Shown: positions 36,607 through 46,579 of the stretch, piece by piece
How the letters are laid out: every line of letters begins with the position of its first letter
How positions within the stretch are numbered: position 1 is the first letter of the stretch
Assembly (NCBI GenBank): GCA_017432665.1
Contig: JAFRIS010000015.1
Location: 2 to 64,001 of the forward strand
From: Bacilli bacterium
Lineage (GTDB): Bacteria; Bacillota_I; Bacilli_A; RF39; UBA660
Length of the DNA: 64,000 nucleotides
Direction of reading: 5' to 3'
Position numbers and translations under genes: made by a program
Notes under the pieces: generated by a model
The model's database searches: none
Seen by the model: only the letters and a program-made list of their open reading frames with translations
What the model was told of the DNA's origin: nothing

Positions 36607-38727
36607 TTATTTTTGAAATTGAGAGTTATATAATTTAGCATAGAAACCATTCTTCTTTAATAGTTCTTCGTGTTTACCTTGCTCTACTATATTTCCTTCA
36701 TCCATTACTAAAATTAAATCAGCATTTTTAATTGTACTTAATCTATGAGCAATAATAAAACTTGTCTTCCCAACTGTTAATTTATCCATGGCTTTTTGAA
36801 CTAATTCTTCTGTACGAGTATCAACATTACTTGTTGCTTCATCTAAGATTAAGAATGGTGCATCTTCAATCATACCACGAGCAATAGTTAATAACTGTTT
36901 TTGTCCTGATGAAATAGTATTATTATCACCTACATCTGCGCCTAATCCTTTTGGAAGTGTTTTAATAAAGTGATCTACTCCAACATTTTTGCATACATCC
37001 CATAAATCATCATCAGTAATACCTTTATTATTAAAGATTAAATTCTCACGAATTGATCCATCAAATAACCACGTATCTTGTAAAACCATATCAAATAATT
37101 CATGAATATTATCTCTAGGTAAATCTTTAATAGATACTCCATCTATTAAGATATCTCCATCATTAATTTCATAGAATTTCATTAATAGATTAACCATAGT
37201 TGTTTTACCTGCTCCTGTAGGACCTACAATAGCTATTTTATCTCCTGATTTAACTGAAGCAGTAAAATCTTTAATAATAGTTTTATCTTCACTATAACCA
37301 AATTTAATATTCTTAAATTCAATATTACCTTTAACATTGTTTCTATCTAATCTAGATTTAATATTATTCTCATCACTTAATTCAGTCTCTTCTAAGAATT
37401 CAAATACTCTTTCTCCTGCAGCTCCTACAGATTGCATTGTAGTTAAGGCTTGAGCTATACGAGATAATGGATTAGTAAATAATCTTACATAAATCATAAA
37501 TGCAACTATAACACCAAAAGTAATATAATCATTCATTACTAGAATAGCACCTACTACACATACCATTACATAACCAAAGTTACCAATGAATCCCATTAAT
37601 GGTTGCATAATACCTGATAGGAATTGACTTTTACGATTACATTCAAATAATCTATCATTTATTTTATTAAATTCTTTCAATGCTTCTTTTTCACCATTAT
37701 ATGATTTAACTACACTATGTCCTGAATATATTTCTTCTATATGTCCATTTAAATTACCAAGTTCTTTCTGTCTTTGAATAAAGTATTTTTGACTTATTCT
37801 TAGCAGCATAAATGATAAAGCAAAGCCTATAATACTAGAAGCAATTGCGGTTAATGCCATTATCCAATTAGTTACAAACATCATAACTATTGATCCTAGG
37901 AATAATGTAATATTAGTAACTAAAGATGTAACAGCATCACTAATATTAATACCTATAGTATCAACATCATTAGTAACACGAGATAAAACATCTCCGGCTT
38001 CATGTGAATCAAAGTACTTTAATGGTAAATGATTAATCTTACTACTAATATCACTTCTTAACTTTTTAGCATAACCTATTCCTACATAGGCCATTATAAT
38101 TCCTTCTACATAAGCAAATATAGAATTTAATAGATAAATTATACCTAGAATAATTGATCTTCTTTTTAATTCATCAGTATTCATTTTAGGCTCAATTAAA
38201 CTTTTAATAGAATTAGGTAATTCTTCAGCTTTCTTTAATAAATCATCTGTTTCTACATCTTCAGTTATCGTACTCATTAGAGTTAAATATTCTAACTGAT
38301 CTTTAGTAGAAATAGTCACTCCATCTACTTCTATATCAGTAAATATTTTTTCTTTTTCTTTATCTGGAAGTTTCATTAGTGAAATAATAAAATCATTTTG
38401 TCCTTCATTTACGAAATCTTTAGCTTGTTTATCATCTTTTACTAACTCATTAAAACCTTGAGCTTTAGGTGGAGCATAATTATTAATAGCATTAGCAAAT
38501 ATTTCATTAGATACCTTTTCTAATTCTTTCATATTTGGCTTTATACCTTCAGTAATTACATCAGTAACATCAGCTAATTTATTAGGAGCTACTGTAGATA
38601 GAACTGCTGCTGAAAAGGCAAAAAACACCGCAATTATCAACATATATTTCCAATGATCTAAATTTTTAAATAATTTAATCATTGTTCCAACAAAGTCTTT
38701 TGATTTTTCTTGATTACGATTATGCAT
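36607..38727 (-). CDS. ABC exporter, fused permease/ATPase (long subunit of a heterodimer)
   Basis: Six TM helices plus Walker A GPTGAGKTT, signature SSGQKQ and Walker B ILDEATS. About 140-aa insertion between TM1 and TM2. The ATG at 38727 overlaps the upstream stop (ATGCATAA). Confidence 0.9.
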   Translation of the reverse strand: MHNRNQEKSKDFVGTMIKLFKNLDHWKYMLIIAVFFAFSAAVLSTVAPNKLADVTDVITEGIKPNMKELEKVSNEIFANAINNYAPPKAQGFNELVKDDKQAKDFVNEGQNDFIISLMKLPDKEKEKIFTDIEVDGVTISTKDQLEYLTLMSTITEDVETDDLLKKAEELPNSIKSLIEPKMNTDELKRRSIILGIIYLLNSIFAYVEGIIMAYVGIGYAKKLRSDISSKINHLPLKYFDSHEAGDVLSRVTNDVDTIGINISDAVTSLVTNITLFLGSIVMMFVTNWIMALTAIASSIIGFALSFMLLRISQKYFIQRQKELGNLNGHIEEIYSGHSVVKSYNGEKEALKEFNKINDRLFECNRKSQFLSGIMQPLMGFIGNFGYVMVCVVGAILVMNDYITFGVIVAFMIYVRLFTNPLSRIAQALTTMQSVGAAGERVFEFLEETELSDENNIKSRLDRNNVKGNIEFKNIKFGYSEDKTIIKDFTASVKSGDKIAIVGPTGAGKTTMVNLLMKFYEINDGDILIDGVSIKDLPRDNIHELFDMVLQDTWLFDGSIRENLIFNNKGITDDDLWDVCKNVGVDHFIKTLPKGLGADVGDNNTISSGQKQLLTIARGMIEDAPFLILDEATSNVDTRTEELVQKAMDKLTVGKTSFIIAHRLSTIKNADLILVMDEGNIVEQGKHEELLKKNGFYAKLYNSQFQK

Positions 38728-40480
38728 TTTGTAACTCCTCCTCACTAAGTTGTGATAAAGCTATTTCTTTATAGACATCACAAGTTTTTAATAGTTCTTG
38801 ATGAGTTCCAACTCCTACACATTCACCTTTATCTAAAACAATTATTTTATCAGCGTTCATTATAGTACCAATTCTTTGAGCAACAATTAAACTAGTAGAA
38901 TCCTTCATATGTTTCTTTAATTCTTCTCTTAGTTTGGCATCAGTTTGATAGTCTAATGCGCTAAATGAATCATCAAATATATAAATCTCTGGTTCCCTTG
39001 CAATCGCTCTAGCAATACTTAGTCTTTGTTTTTGACCACCACTTACATTCGTACCTCCACGAGCTATGTGTGCTTTATAATCTTTATCCATCTTTTCTAC
39101 AAAGTCTTTTCCTTGAGCTATTTTAATAGCTTCTTTTACTTTGTCCATTGATGGTTTTTCTTTACCATTATCTCCGTAACTAACATTATCATATACTGAA
39201 CCAGTAAACATAAAAGCAGTTTGTGAGATGTAACCTATTCTATTATTTAATTCATGTAAGTCATAATCTTTTACATTAACTCCATCTACAAATACTTCTC
39301 CTAGAGTAGCATCATATAATCTTGGGACTAAATTGATTAAAGTACTTTTACCACTACCAGTAGATCCGATAAAAGCAACCGTTTCACCCTTCTCTGCTTT
39401 AAAACTAATATTTTTTAATAAGTATTCATCAGCATCAGGATATTTGAAACTAACATTTCTAAATTCAACAGTTCCTTTTTCATTAGTATCTCCCTTAAAG
39501 TTACCTGATTTAATAGATGGTTCTTCATCTAATACTTCATTAATACGCTTAGCTGATACTCTAGCTCTAGGTAATATCATAAATATCATTGTAAGCATTA
39601 AGAATGAGAATATTACTTGAATACCATAACTAGAGAATACTACCATGTTACTAAACATAGTAATTTTATCCATCATTCCACTCTTAATAATTAACATTGC
39701 TCCGACTACATATATACCTAAGTGCTGAAAATGCATAACAAAATTCATAATTGGATCAAATAAAGCAAATGTCTTAGTAATAGTTAGATGTGTATCAGAT
39801 AATTTATCATTAACTTTACCAAATCTTTTTCCCATAAACTTCTCTGCATTAAAAGCATATACTACTCTAATACCTAAAATATTTTCTCTAGTAACTCCAT
39901 TTAATTTATCAGTTAATGTCTGAATAATTTGAAATCTAGGTGAAACAATACTAATAATAGTTAAGTTAGTAACTACAATAATAATTACTCCTACCCCAGT
40001 AACCAAACTTAACTCAGTACTTTTACCAAGTATTTTAGTTAATGCCCAAATAGCCATTACTGGAGATTTTATTAATAATTGTAGCCCCATTGCTAGTAAC
40101 ATTTCAATTTGTGTCACATCATTAGTTGTTCTAGTAATTAAACTACTTGTTTTAAATTTCTTTATTTCGTTTATTCCAAATGATTCAACTTTTTCAAATA
40201 TTTTTCTACGCATTGTTTTTGAGAATGTCGCAGCTAAAAGTGAAGTAAAGAATCCTACAGTAATAGTACATGCTAAAGAAGCAAAAGCACATAATACCAT
40301 ATGTCCTCCAGCAATAAGAATAGATTCCATAGTACTTTCTTCCGTCTGTACAAGTCTTGTTATTTCACTCATATATTCAGGTATTCTTAAGTCTAAGAAA
40401 ACTGAAACAACTACTAATGTAGCAACTATTAAAACTATTAATAAATCTTTTTTTGTTAAATATCTAAATAATCTTAGCAT
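38720..40480 (-). CDS. ABC exporter, fused permease/ATPase (short subunit)
   Basis: Walker A GSTGSGKST, signature SGGQKQRLSIARA and Walker B IFDDSFSALD. Confidence 0.9.
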   Translation of the reverse strand: MLRLFRYLTKKDLLIVLIVATLVVVSVFLDLRIPEYMSEITRLVQTEESTMESILIAGGHMVLCAFASLACTITVGFFTSLLAATFSKTMRRKIFEKVESFGINEIKKFKTSSLITRTTNDVTQIEMLLAMGLQLLIKSPVMAIWALTKILGKSTELSLVTGVGVIIIVVTNLTIISIVSPRFQIIQTLTDKLNGVTRENILGIRVVYAFNAEKFMGKRFGKVNDKLSDTHLTITKTFALFDPIMNFVMHFQHLGIYVVGAMLIIKSGMMDKITMFSNMVVFSSYGIQVIFSFLMLTMIFMILPRARVSAKRINEVLDEEPSIKSGNFKGDTNEKGTVEFRNVSFKYPDADEYLLKNISFKAEKGETVAFIGSTGSGKSTLINLVPRLYDATLGEVFVDGVNVKDYDLHELNNRIGYISQTAFMFTGSVYDNVSYGDNGKEKPSMDKVKEAIKIAQGKDFVEKMDKDYKAHIARGGTNVSGGQKQRLSIARAIAREPEIYIFDDSFSALDYQTDAKLREELKKHMKDSTSLIVAQRIGTIMNADKIIVLDKGECVGVGTHQELLKTCDVYKEIALSQLSEEELQNA

Positions 40481-41033
40481 TAACACCCTTCTTTCTAAAA
40501 TCACAATTCAATTCATGGTCATTTATTACACCAATTGCTTGAAGATAAGAATATATTATTGTAGTTCCTACAAAAGACATTCCTCTTCTTTTTAAATCTT
40601 TACTAATTTTATCTGATAATTCATTTGAAGTAACAAATTTATCATCTTTATTATAAATAATTTTATTATTAGTAAATGACCATATATAAGTACTAAAAGA
40701 GCCGTATTCTTCTATTATATTTATAAATGCTTTAGCATTTTGAATACTAGCTCTTATTTTTAGTTTATTTCTAATTATTCTTTTATCAGTAAGTAATTGA
40801 GATACTTTTTCTTCATCGTAATTAGATATTTTTTTATAATCAAAATTATCAAAATCTTCTCTAAAAGCTTCTCTCTTATTTAATATACATTCCCATGATA
40901 ATCCTGCTTGAAATGATTCTAAAATTAACATTTCAAACAAGTGTTTATCATTATATGATGGAACTCCCCATTCTTCATCATGATATTTTATATACAAGGG
41001 ATTATCTATATTTACCCACTTACATCTATTCAC
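40464..41033 (-). CDS. tag: DNA-3-methyladenine glycosylase I
   Basis: RCKWV...YHDEEWGVP...LFEMLILESFQAGLSW is the Tag signature. 189 aa. Confidence 0.9.
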   Translation of the reverse strand: MNRCKWVNIDNPLYIKYHDEEWGVPSYNDKHLFEMLILESFQAGLSWECILNKREAFREDFDNFDYKKISNYDEEKVSQLLTDKRIIRNKLKIRASIQNAKAFINIIEEYGSFSTYIWSFTNNKIIYNKDDKFVTSNELSDKISKDLKRRGMSFVGTTIIYSYLQAIGVINDHELNCDFRKKGVNAKII

Positions 41034-44000
41034 TTCTAAGTGCCTCCACAGGATCTCTCTTAGATGCAGATTTAGCAGGAATCAATCCACCAATTAATGT
41101 AAGAATTACACTTAATACTACAAGAGTAACTGCTCCTGCTGGGGCAAGTACAGCATTAAGTGGAATATTACCTGTATATTTATGAAGAATAGCATTAATA
41201 ATTGGAATTAATGAATAAGTAATACCAATACCAATTAATCCTGATAATAATCCAATAATAAAAGTTTCGGCATTAAATATTGATGAAATATTCTTTTTAC
41301 TAGCACCTATTGCTCTTAAAATACCAATTTCCTTAGTTCTTTCATAAACACTTATATAAGTAATGATACCTATCATTATTGAAGATACTATTAAAGAAAT
41401 AGATACAAAGGCAATTAAGACATAACTTACTGCATTAACTATAGTTTTAACAGAGTTCATTAAGATACCAGTAGCATCAGTATATCTTATTTCTTTGTCT
41501 TCAGCTTTTAATTTCTTTTGCTTTTTATTATACTTATCAATAAAATCTAAGAAATGTTCTTTCCCATCAAAACTATTAAAGTAAAATGAAATATATGTAG
41601 GTTCCTCTAAATCTTGATAACCAAAATTGATTAAATTATTCTTAGCAGTCTTATCAGTTTTAGTCATCATTGCACTTATTATTCTTGTTAACTCTTCTTC
41701 AGTTAGTTTCATTTGAAAACTTTCAGCAATCTTTTGCTGATCGACATTAAAGGCATTAGCAAGATTTGCAGTTATACTCGCAACTAATTCTCCAACTTGA
41801 GTCATTACTGCTTTCTTAATTTTTGCTTCTGTCATAACTTTACCCATAGTCTCACAAGCACCAATTATTTCAGCATTTTCCATTAACGGGTCAATAATCA
41901 TTGCAGTCATATTCTTATCAATTCTAGCAGTAGGATTTTCTGGATCAGTAGTTAGTGATGGATCCATCTTTGCATAAGTAGTTACATATGTTTTAAATAA
42001 GCCCTTAATTATTGCAGAAAATGATTTCTTATAAGCATCTTTTGGAACTACATATTCGTTTTCTAAATTAGTCAAATCTTTATTAATCTTAGTAGACTTA
42101 TCTAAATTATTATCTACATATTTATCTACATCATTTAAACTTATTGTTTCTCCGGCATTATCAAATGAATCGGTAATAGAATTCTTTAAAGCATTTTTAT
42201 AAGCATTAGTTGCTTTAGTAGTATCAATATTTATGGACTCATTTATTTCTTTCATCTTTTGAGTTGTATCTCTTTCTATTTTATTTTGATCAATATTAAT
42301 ATTAAAAGCACTACTTAATTTAGCTTGATCTATTGTAACTATATCTTGAAAATCTAATCCTACTTTATCAGAATCATCATCAAATCTTTTATTAGATAAA
42401 ACATCTATATCAGTATTACCTAATTGTTTTTGAACAATTTCAGTCTTACTGGCATTATTAATAATATGTTTAATTAAATCAGATCTATAGTTTACTCCAG
42501 GTAATAAAGCTGTAGAACTAGTACCGGGCTTTGCACTTACTACACCAACTATTTTTAATCTAGTCGCATCTTTATATAGATTGTTCATATAATCATCGTT
42601 TTTACTCATATCTTCATATACTTTGTATTCACTATTATATCTATATAAATTACTAGGTTCTATTAATCTTAAATCTATGTTTAATAAATCATCATAAGTT
42701 AATTCTAATGGTTTATTATTAATATTTACTGATTCTCCAGCCATTATTTTAGTAACCATATCAGTTAATTCTTTATTATCTCTAAGTCCTAATGAATAAA
42801 CAAGTAAATCAGAAATAGAATTTGGTTCTGATAATACAATAATCATTTCATTATATTTCTTTGGCCATCTACCAGCAAGTACATTATATTGTTCATCTAA
42901 AGTGTTTTGATCATCTACCATTTGCGAATAAATACTACCCATTGATGAAAATGAACTTGTGATGGAATCACTATAAAAACTAGAAAATAAATTACTAGGA
43001 TTTACTTTAGACAATTTCTTAGTTGAATCAATGGTATAAATATATGGATCTATACTATAAGAATAACTAACTGAAGATAAATCATCTTCTACTTTGTCAT
43101 AGTTAGCTAGTAAATAATTATTAAAACTTCTTAAATCATTTGATTTTATATTAGAAAACATATTAGTCAAGAACTGTTGTTCTTTAACTACATCACTATT
43201 CTTTTCAGCTTTATCACCTGATTGCATAGCAAGTAACAATCCTGTAACATCTGTTGATTCCTGAGTAATCATCAATGGATAAGATGTTAGAGTATCTTCT
43301 TGAATAGAATCTACATAATTTTGAAATCCTGTTGATACAGCAAGTATTAACGCAATACCAATTATACCAATACTACCTGCAAAAGCTACTAAGATAGTTC
43401 GCCCTTTTTTAGTCATTAAGTTATTAAATGATAAAGCAAGAGCAGTTAAGAATGACATATTTGTTTTACCACTATTATTGTAACTTAGTTCTTTATTCTC
43501 TTCTTCTTTATATGCATTCGTGTCTGAAGTTATTTCTCCATCTTTAATATTTATTATTCTATTAGCATATTCATTAGCTAAATCCGGATTATGAGTAACC
43601 ATAACAACTAATTTATTCTTTGAAATTTTCTTTAAAATTTTCATTATTTGAACACTAGTTTCTGAATCTAATGCTCCTGTAGGTTCATCAGCAAGTAAAA
43701 TATCAGGATCATTAACAAGTGCTCTAGCAATCGCAACTCTTTGCATTTGCCCACCAGATAATTGATTAGGACGTTTATTAATATGATCTCCAAGACCAAC
43801 TTCAATCAAAGCTTTTTTAGCTCTTCTATTAGCTTCTTTTTTAGATATACCAGATAATGTTAACGCAAGTTTAACATTAGATAAAATAGTTTGGTGATTG
43901 ATTAGATTATAACTTTGGAACACGAAACCAACTCGGTGGTTTCTATAACTATCCCAGTCTCTATCTTTATATTTCTTAGTACTAGTACCATTAATTATTA

Positions 44001-44193
44001 ATTCACCTGAATCATAATGATCAAGACCACCTATAATATTTAACAAAGTAGTCTTACCAGATCCAGATGGACCTAATATAGCAGCAAACTCACTTTCCCT
44101 AAAGCTAATACTAACTTCTTTTAAAGCATTTTGTTTAAATCCACCAGTACTATAAGTTTTTGTAATTTTCTTTAACTCTAGCATATCTTTCAC
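41026..44193 (-). CDS. MacB-like ABC transporter, fused ATPase and FtsX permease with a very large extracytoplasmic domain
   Basis: N-terminal ATPase (GPSGSGKTTLLN, LSGGQMQRVAIARAL, LLADEPTGALD), TM segment, about 600-aa loop, and C-terminal FtsX helices. Confidence 0.85.
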   Translation of the reverse strand: MKDMLELKKITKTYSTGGFKQNALKEVSISFRESEFAAILGPSGSGKTTLLNIIGGLDHYDSGELIINGTSTKKYKDRDWDSYRNHRVGFVFQSYNLINHQTILSNVKLALTLSGISKKEANRRAKKALIEVGLGDHINKRPNQLSGGQMQRVAIARALVNDPDILLADEPTGALDSETSVQIMKILKKISKNKLVVMVTHNPDLANEYANRIINIKDGEITSDTNAYKEEENKELSYNNSGKTNMSFLTALALSFNNLMTKKGRTILVAFAGSIGIIGIALILAVSTGFQNYVDSIQEDTLTSYPLMITQESTDVTGLLLAMQSGDKAEKNSDVVKEQQFLTNMFSNIKSNDLRSFNNYLLANYDKVEDDLSSVSYSYSIDPYIYTIDSTKKLSKVNPSNLFSSFYSDSITSSFSSMGSIYSQMVDDQNTLDEQYNVLAGRWPKKYNEMIIVLSEPNSISDLLVYSLGLRDNKELTDMVTKIMAGESVNINNKPLELTYDDLLNIDLRLIEPSNLYRYNSEYKVYEDMSKNDDYMNNLYKDATRLKIVGVVSAKPGTSSTALLPGVNYRSDLIKHIINNASKTEIVQKQLGNTDIDVLSNKRFDDDSDKVGLDFQDIVTIDQAKLSSAFNINIDQNKIERDTTQKMKEINESINIDTTKATNAYKNALKNSITDSFDNAGETISLNDVDKYVDNNLDKSTKINKDLTNLENEYVVPKDAYKKSFSAIIKGLFKTYVTTYAKMDPSLTTDPENPTARIDKNMTAMIIDPLMENAEIIGACETMGKVMTEAKIKKAVMTQVGELVASITANLANAFNVDQQKIAESFQMKLTEEELTRIISAMMTKTDKTAKNNLINFGYQDLEEPTYISFYFNSFDGKEHFLDFIDKYNKKQKKLKAEDKEIRYTDATGILMNSVKTIVNAVSYVLIAFVSISLIVSSIMIGIITYISVYERTKEIGILRAIGASKKNISSIFNAETFIIGLLSGLIGIGITYSLIPIINAILHKYTGNIPLNAVLAPAGAVTLVVLSVILTLIGGLIPAKSASKRDPVEALRSE

Positions 44194-44252
44194 ACAAACT
44201 TTCTATTATATTATACTAAAATTATTTATGTTAAACAATAAAAAAGGAAGAA

Positions 44253-45203
44253 TTATTCTCCTTTTTTCTTAGCTACTTTTTCAAATTTTAGACCTTTTTC
44301 TTTTAGCTCTACAATAGTTAACATTTTCTTATTTAAAACTTCTTGTAATGAATACTTTCTCTCAGCTCTACCTCTAATAGCTGGTTGAATAATAGTGATT
44401 TTATCTTTCTTAGCATATTCAAAGACATAGTCATATTCATTATCACTATAGAATATTTCTTTAGGTATTTCTATTTCATTACCTTCTTCATCTACTTCTG
44501 GTTCTGGTTTTTCAGATAAATCTTCTATTTCAAAAATAAACTTAAAATCATCGTCTTTATAAGTACAAAAGTCATCCATAAACCTTGTATCATCAGGAGC
44601 AAAGTACACATCATTTATATTTTGCTTATGACAACGATACATTGTTAAACCGTTATTAGTAAAATCATCGTTCTTATCAAAAAACATTAATGTAGTTTTA
44701 TCTTTATGAAGTCCAACATAATTTAATTTACTATCTATATCATCAAGTATTCGCCAATTTTTAGCAATATAATCAGATAAAGGCTTACTATTTTTACCAT
44801 CTTTAAGATTAATACTATCTAAACAGTATAAATATACTTTTACTTTTAAATTAGCGTAGTATAATTTGGCTTTTTCATGACAATTACTAATTACTTCAGT
44901 TTCTACAGTAAATGTATCTTCTTTTGTAAATTTACGAGGAACTTTTAAATCAAAAGTTAATATTTTAAAACTAATATTAGATGAATCTACTAATGGTTCA
45001 TTTGTAGATGCTTTTACTTTTCTTTCTGCTACATAGAAGAAACCTCTATATGTTTGAATACTAGTTTTAGAATCAAAACTACTAATATTAAATATTGGTA
45101 CTTCCCCAGAATTCATTCTAACATAATCTAATCCCGCTAATAAGAAGCCAATGACTATGATAATTATTAATGCATTTCTAATTGCTTTTAATACTGCTCT
45201 CAT
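44253..45203 (-). CDS. Membrane-anchored hypothetical protein
   Basis: N-terminal TM segment ALIIIIVIGFLLAGL. No family recognised. Confidence 0.5.
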   Translation of the reverse strand: MRAVLKAIRNALIIIIVIGFLLAGLDYVRMNSGEVPIFNISSFDSKTSIQTYRGFFYVAERKVKASTNEPLVDSSNISFKILTFDLKVPRKFTKEDTFTVETEVISNCHEKAKLYYANLKVKVYLYCLDSINLKDGKNSKPLSDYIAKNWRILDDIDSKLNYVGLHKDKTTLMFFDKNDDFTNNGLTMYRCHKQNINDVYFAPDDTRFMDDFCTYKDDDFKFIFEIEDLSEKPEPEVDEEGNEIEIPKEIFYSDNEYDYVFEYAKKDKITIIQPAIRGRAERKYSLQEVLNKKMLTIVELKEKGLKFEKVAKKKGE

Positions 45204-45244
45204 ACAAATCCCTCTTTATCATAAATAATTATATCAAAAATTAA

Positions 45245-45276
45245 TCAATAATAAAAGAACTATTTAAAGTTCTTTT
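45245..45276 (-). terminator. Rho-independent terminator of the lipid-kinase gene
   Basis: Minus strand: AAAAGAAC-tttaaata-GTTCTTTT followed by ATTATTG. Confidence 0.6.
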
Positions 45277-45289
45277 AATTATCTAATAT

Positions 45290-46165
45290 CTATATTTTTT
45301 CTAAAATTAAATCTATCAATTCTTGATCATAATATACTTCTATTCCACTTTTAATAATACTAATATCAAATTTACTAGCACATAATTCTTCTCCATCTAT
45401 ATTACAAGAAACCATTTTAGGAGATTTTATAGTAAGCTTATCAGTCTGTAATACTTTTATTTTAGGATAATATAAATGAAGAGCATCTTTCATGCTATTA
45501 ATCATTCTAGCCATCCCATATTTATTAGTTTTATAGGCTAATACTACTTCTAATATACCATCAGTAAGAGAACTATTAGGAGATACTTTATATCCTCCTC
45601 CATAGTATCTTGCATTGCAAACAGCTATTGTAGTGAATGTTTCTCTAATATATTGATCATTTATATCAACTTCAAAATATCGAGCTTTATATCTTAAAAA
45701 ATTAACTAATAAACTCATTTTATAACGATACTTTTTTGGTAGCATTTTACTATGAACAATATCAATATTATTACCTATTTCTGCATCTATTCCAAAACAA
45801 GCTATATTGATAAAATATTTATCATTAATTTTAACTAAGTCTACTCTATTTATTCCTTTTTTTAATAATTCTCTATTAGTACGATAGAAATCATTCCCAG
45901 TACCATAAGGAATATATCCTAAAACATTATTAGTACCAGCAATAGCATTTAAAACTCTATTTATAGTACCATCTCCACCTACTGCGATAATAATATTACG
46001 AGATTTAGAATATTTTTTTAAAATACTTTCAGTAGTTACAGTAATACTATTTATTTCAATAACAAAGTCTAATTTTTTCTTTTTACACACTCTTTCTATT
46101 TGTTTCTTAATAATATTAGTCTCTGTCTTTAAACTAAATTGATTTAATAAGAAGATATATTTCAT
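45290..46165 (-). CDS. Diacylglycerol/lipid kinase family protein (DagK/YegS-like)
   Basis: IIAVGGDGTINRV, PYGTGNDF and C-terminal NIDGE. RBS AGGTGGTG precedes the ATG at 46165. Confidence 0.8.
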   Translation of the reverse strand: MKYIFLLNQFSLKTETNIIKKQIERVCKKKKLDFVIEINSITVTTESILKKYSKSRNIIIAVGGDGTINRVLNAIAGTNNVLGYIPYGTGNDFYRTNRELLKKGINRVDLVKINDKYFINIACFGIDAEIGNNIDIVHSKMLPKKYRYKMSLLVNFLRYKARYFEVDINDQYIRETFTTIAVCNARYYGGGYKVSPNSSLTDGILEVVLAYKTNKYGMARMINSMKDALHLYYPKIKVLQTDKLTIKSPKMVSCNIDGEELCASKFDISIIKSGIEVYYDQELIDLILEKI

Positions 46166-46180
46166 AATATCACCACCTAA

Positions 46181-46191
46181 ATTATACCACA
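46181..46191 (-). promoter_or_regulatory. Extended -10 element TGTGGTATAAT
   Basis: Lies immediately after the terminator T-run and 15 nt upstream of the ATG at 46165. Confidence 0.4.
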
Positions 46192-46215
46192 AAAAAGAAA
46201 GTAATAATACTTTCT
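46190..46215 (-). terminator. Rho-independent terminator closing the 46227-54842 operon
   Basis: Minus strand: AGAAAGTA-ttat-TACTTTCT followed by TTTTTT. Confidence 0.75.
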
Positions 46216-46226
46216 CTGTATAGCAT

Positions 46227-46574
46227 TTATTTACTATTTATACCTAACAAATTAGTTAATTTATCAGCAAAACTTTTTCCGAACATTTGTCTAATTGCTG
46301 CGACTAACTCAGTATAATTTTTTATAATGTTATTTTCTAATACATAAATCAAATTTTCAAAATTCTTATCCATAGTTGAAAAAGTATCGTCAAACGTATC
46401 AATAATTGTATTATAATCTAAGCCAGCAACTGAAAAGCATGAAGAACTAGAGTCTAATACTCTTCTAATATTATTATTATATTCATTACTGATAGCTTCT
46501 CTTTGATTCTTTAAAGATGTTAAAACTGTTTTTAATTCTGCAGTTGTAATTGCATTTCCACTATAACTAGCCAT
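46227..46574 (-). CDS. Small all-helical protein, paralogue of the 48937-49275 product
   Basis: 115 aa. Shares the N-terminal LK...L.K.....I...YN pattern and the C-terminal tail F-G-K-S-FADKLTNLLGINSK with the 112-aa protein (FNKTFASELGNLLDINK). RBS is GAGGTGA. Confidence 0.65.
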   Translation of the reverse strand: MASYSGNAITTAELKTVLTSLKNQREAISNEYNNNIRRVLDSSSSCFSVAGLDYNTIIDTFDDTFSTMDKNFENLIYVLENNIIKNYTELVAAIRQMFGKSFADKLTNLLGINSK

Positions 46575-46579
46575 TTAGA

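Noticed and set aside
36607-38727. About 140-aa insertion between TM1 and TM2 of the ABC exporter as a novel domain
   Set aside because: The long subunit of heterodimeric Firmicute exporters (BmrD/YheH-type, about 670-710 aa) is known to be longer than its partner. Without a search I cannot claim novelty.
40895-41185. 96-aa + strand ORF across the tag / ABC junction (similar cases: 24632-25045, 34575-34841, 39333-39620, 61011-61847, 59306-59590, 60114-60658)
   Set aside because: All are antisense to long ORFs with unambiguous family motifs. None has an RBS, and all give low-complexity hydrophobic translations.
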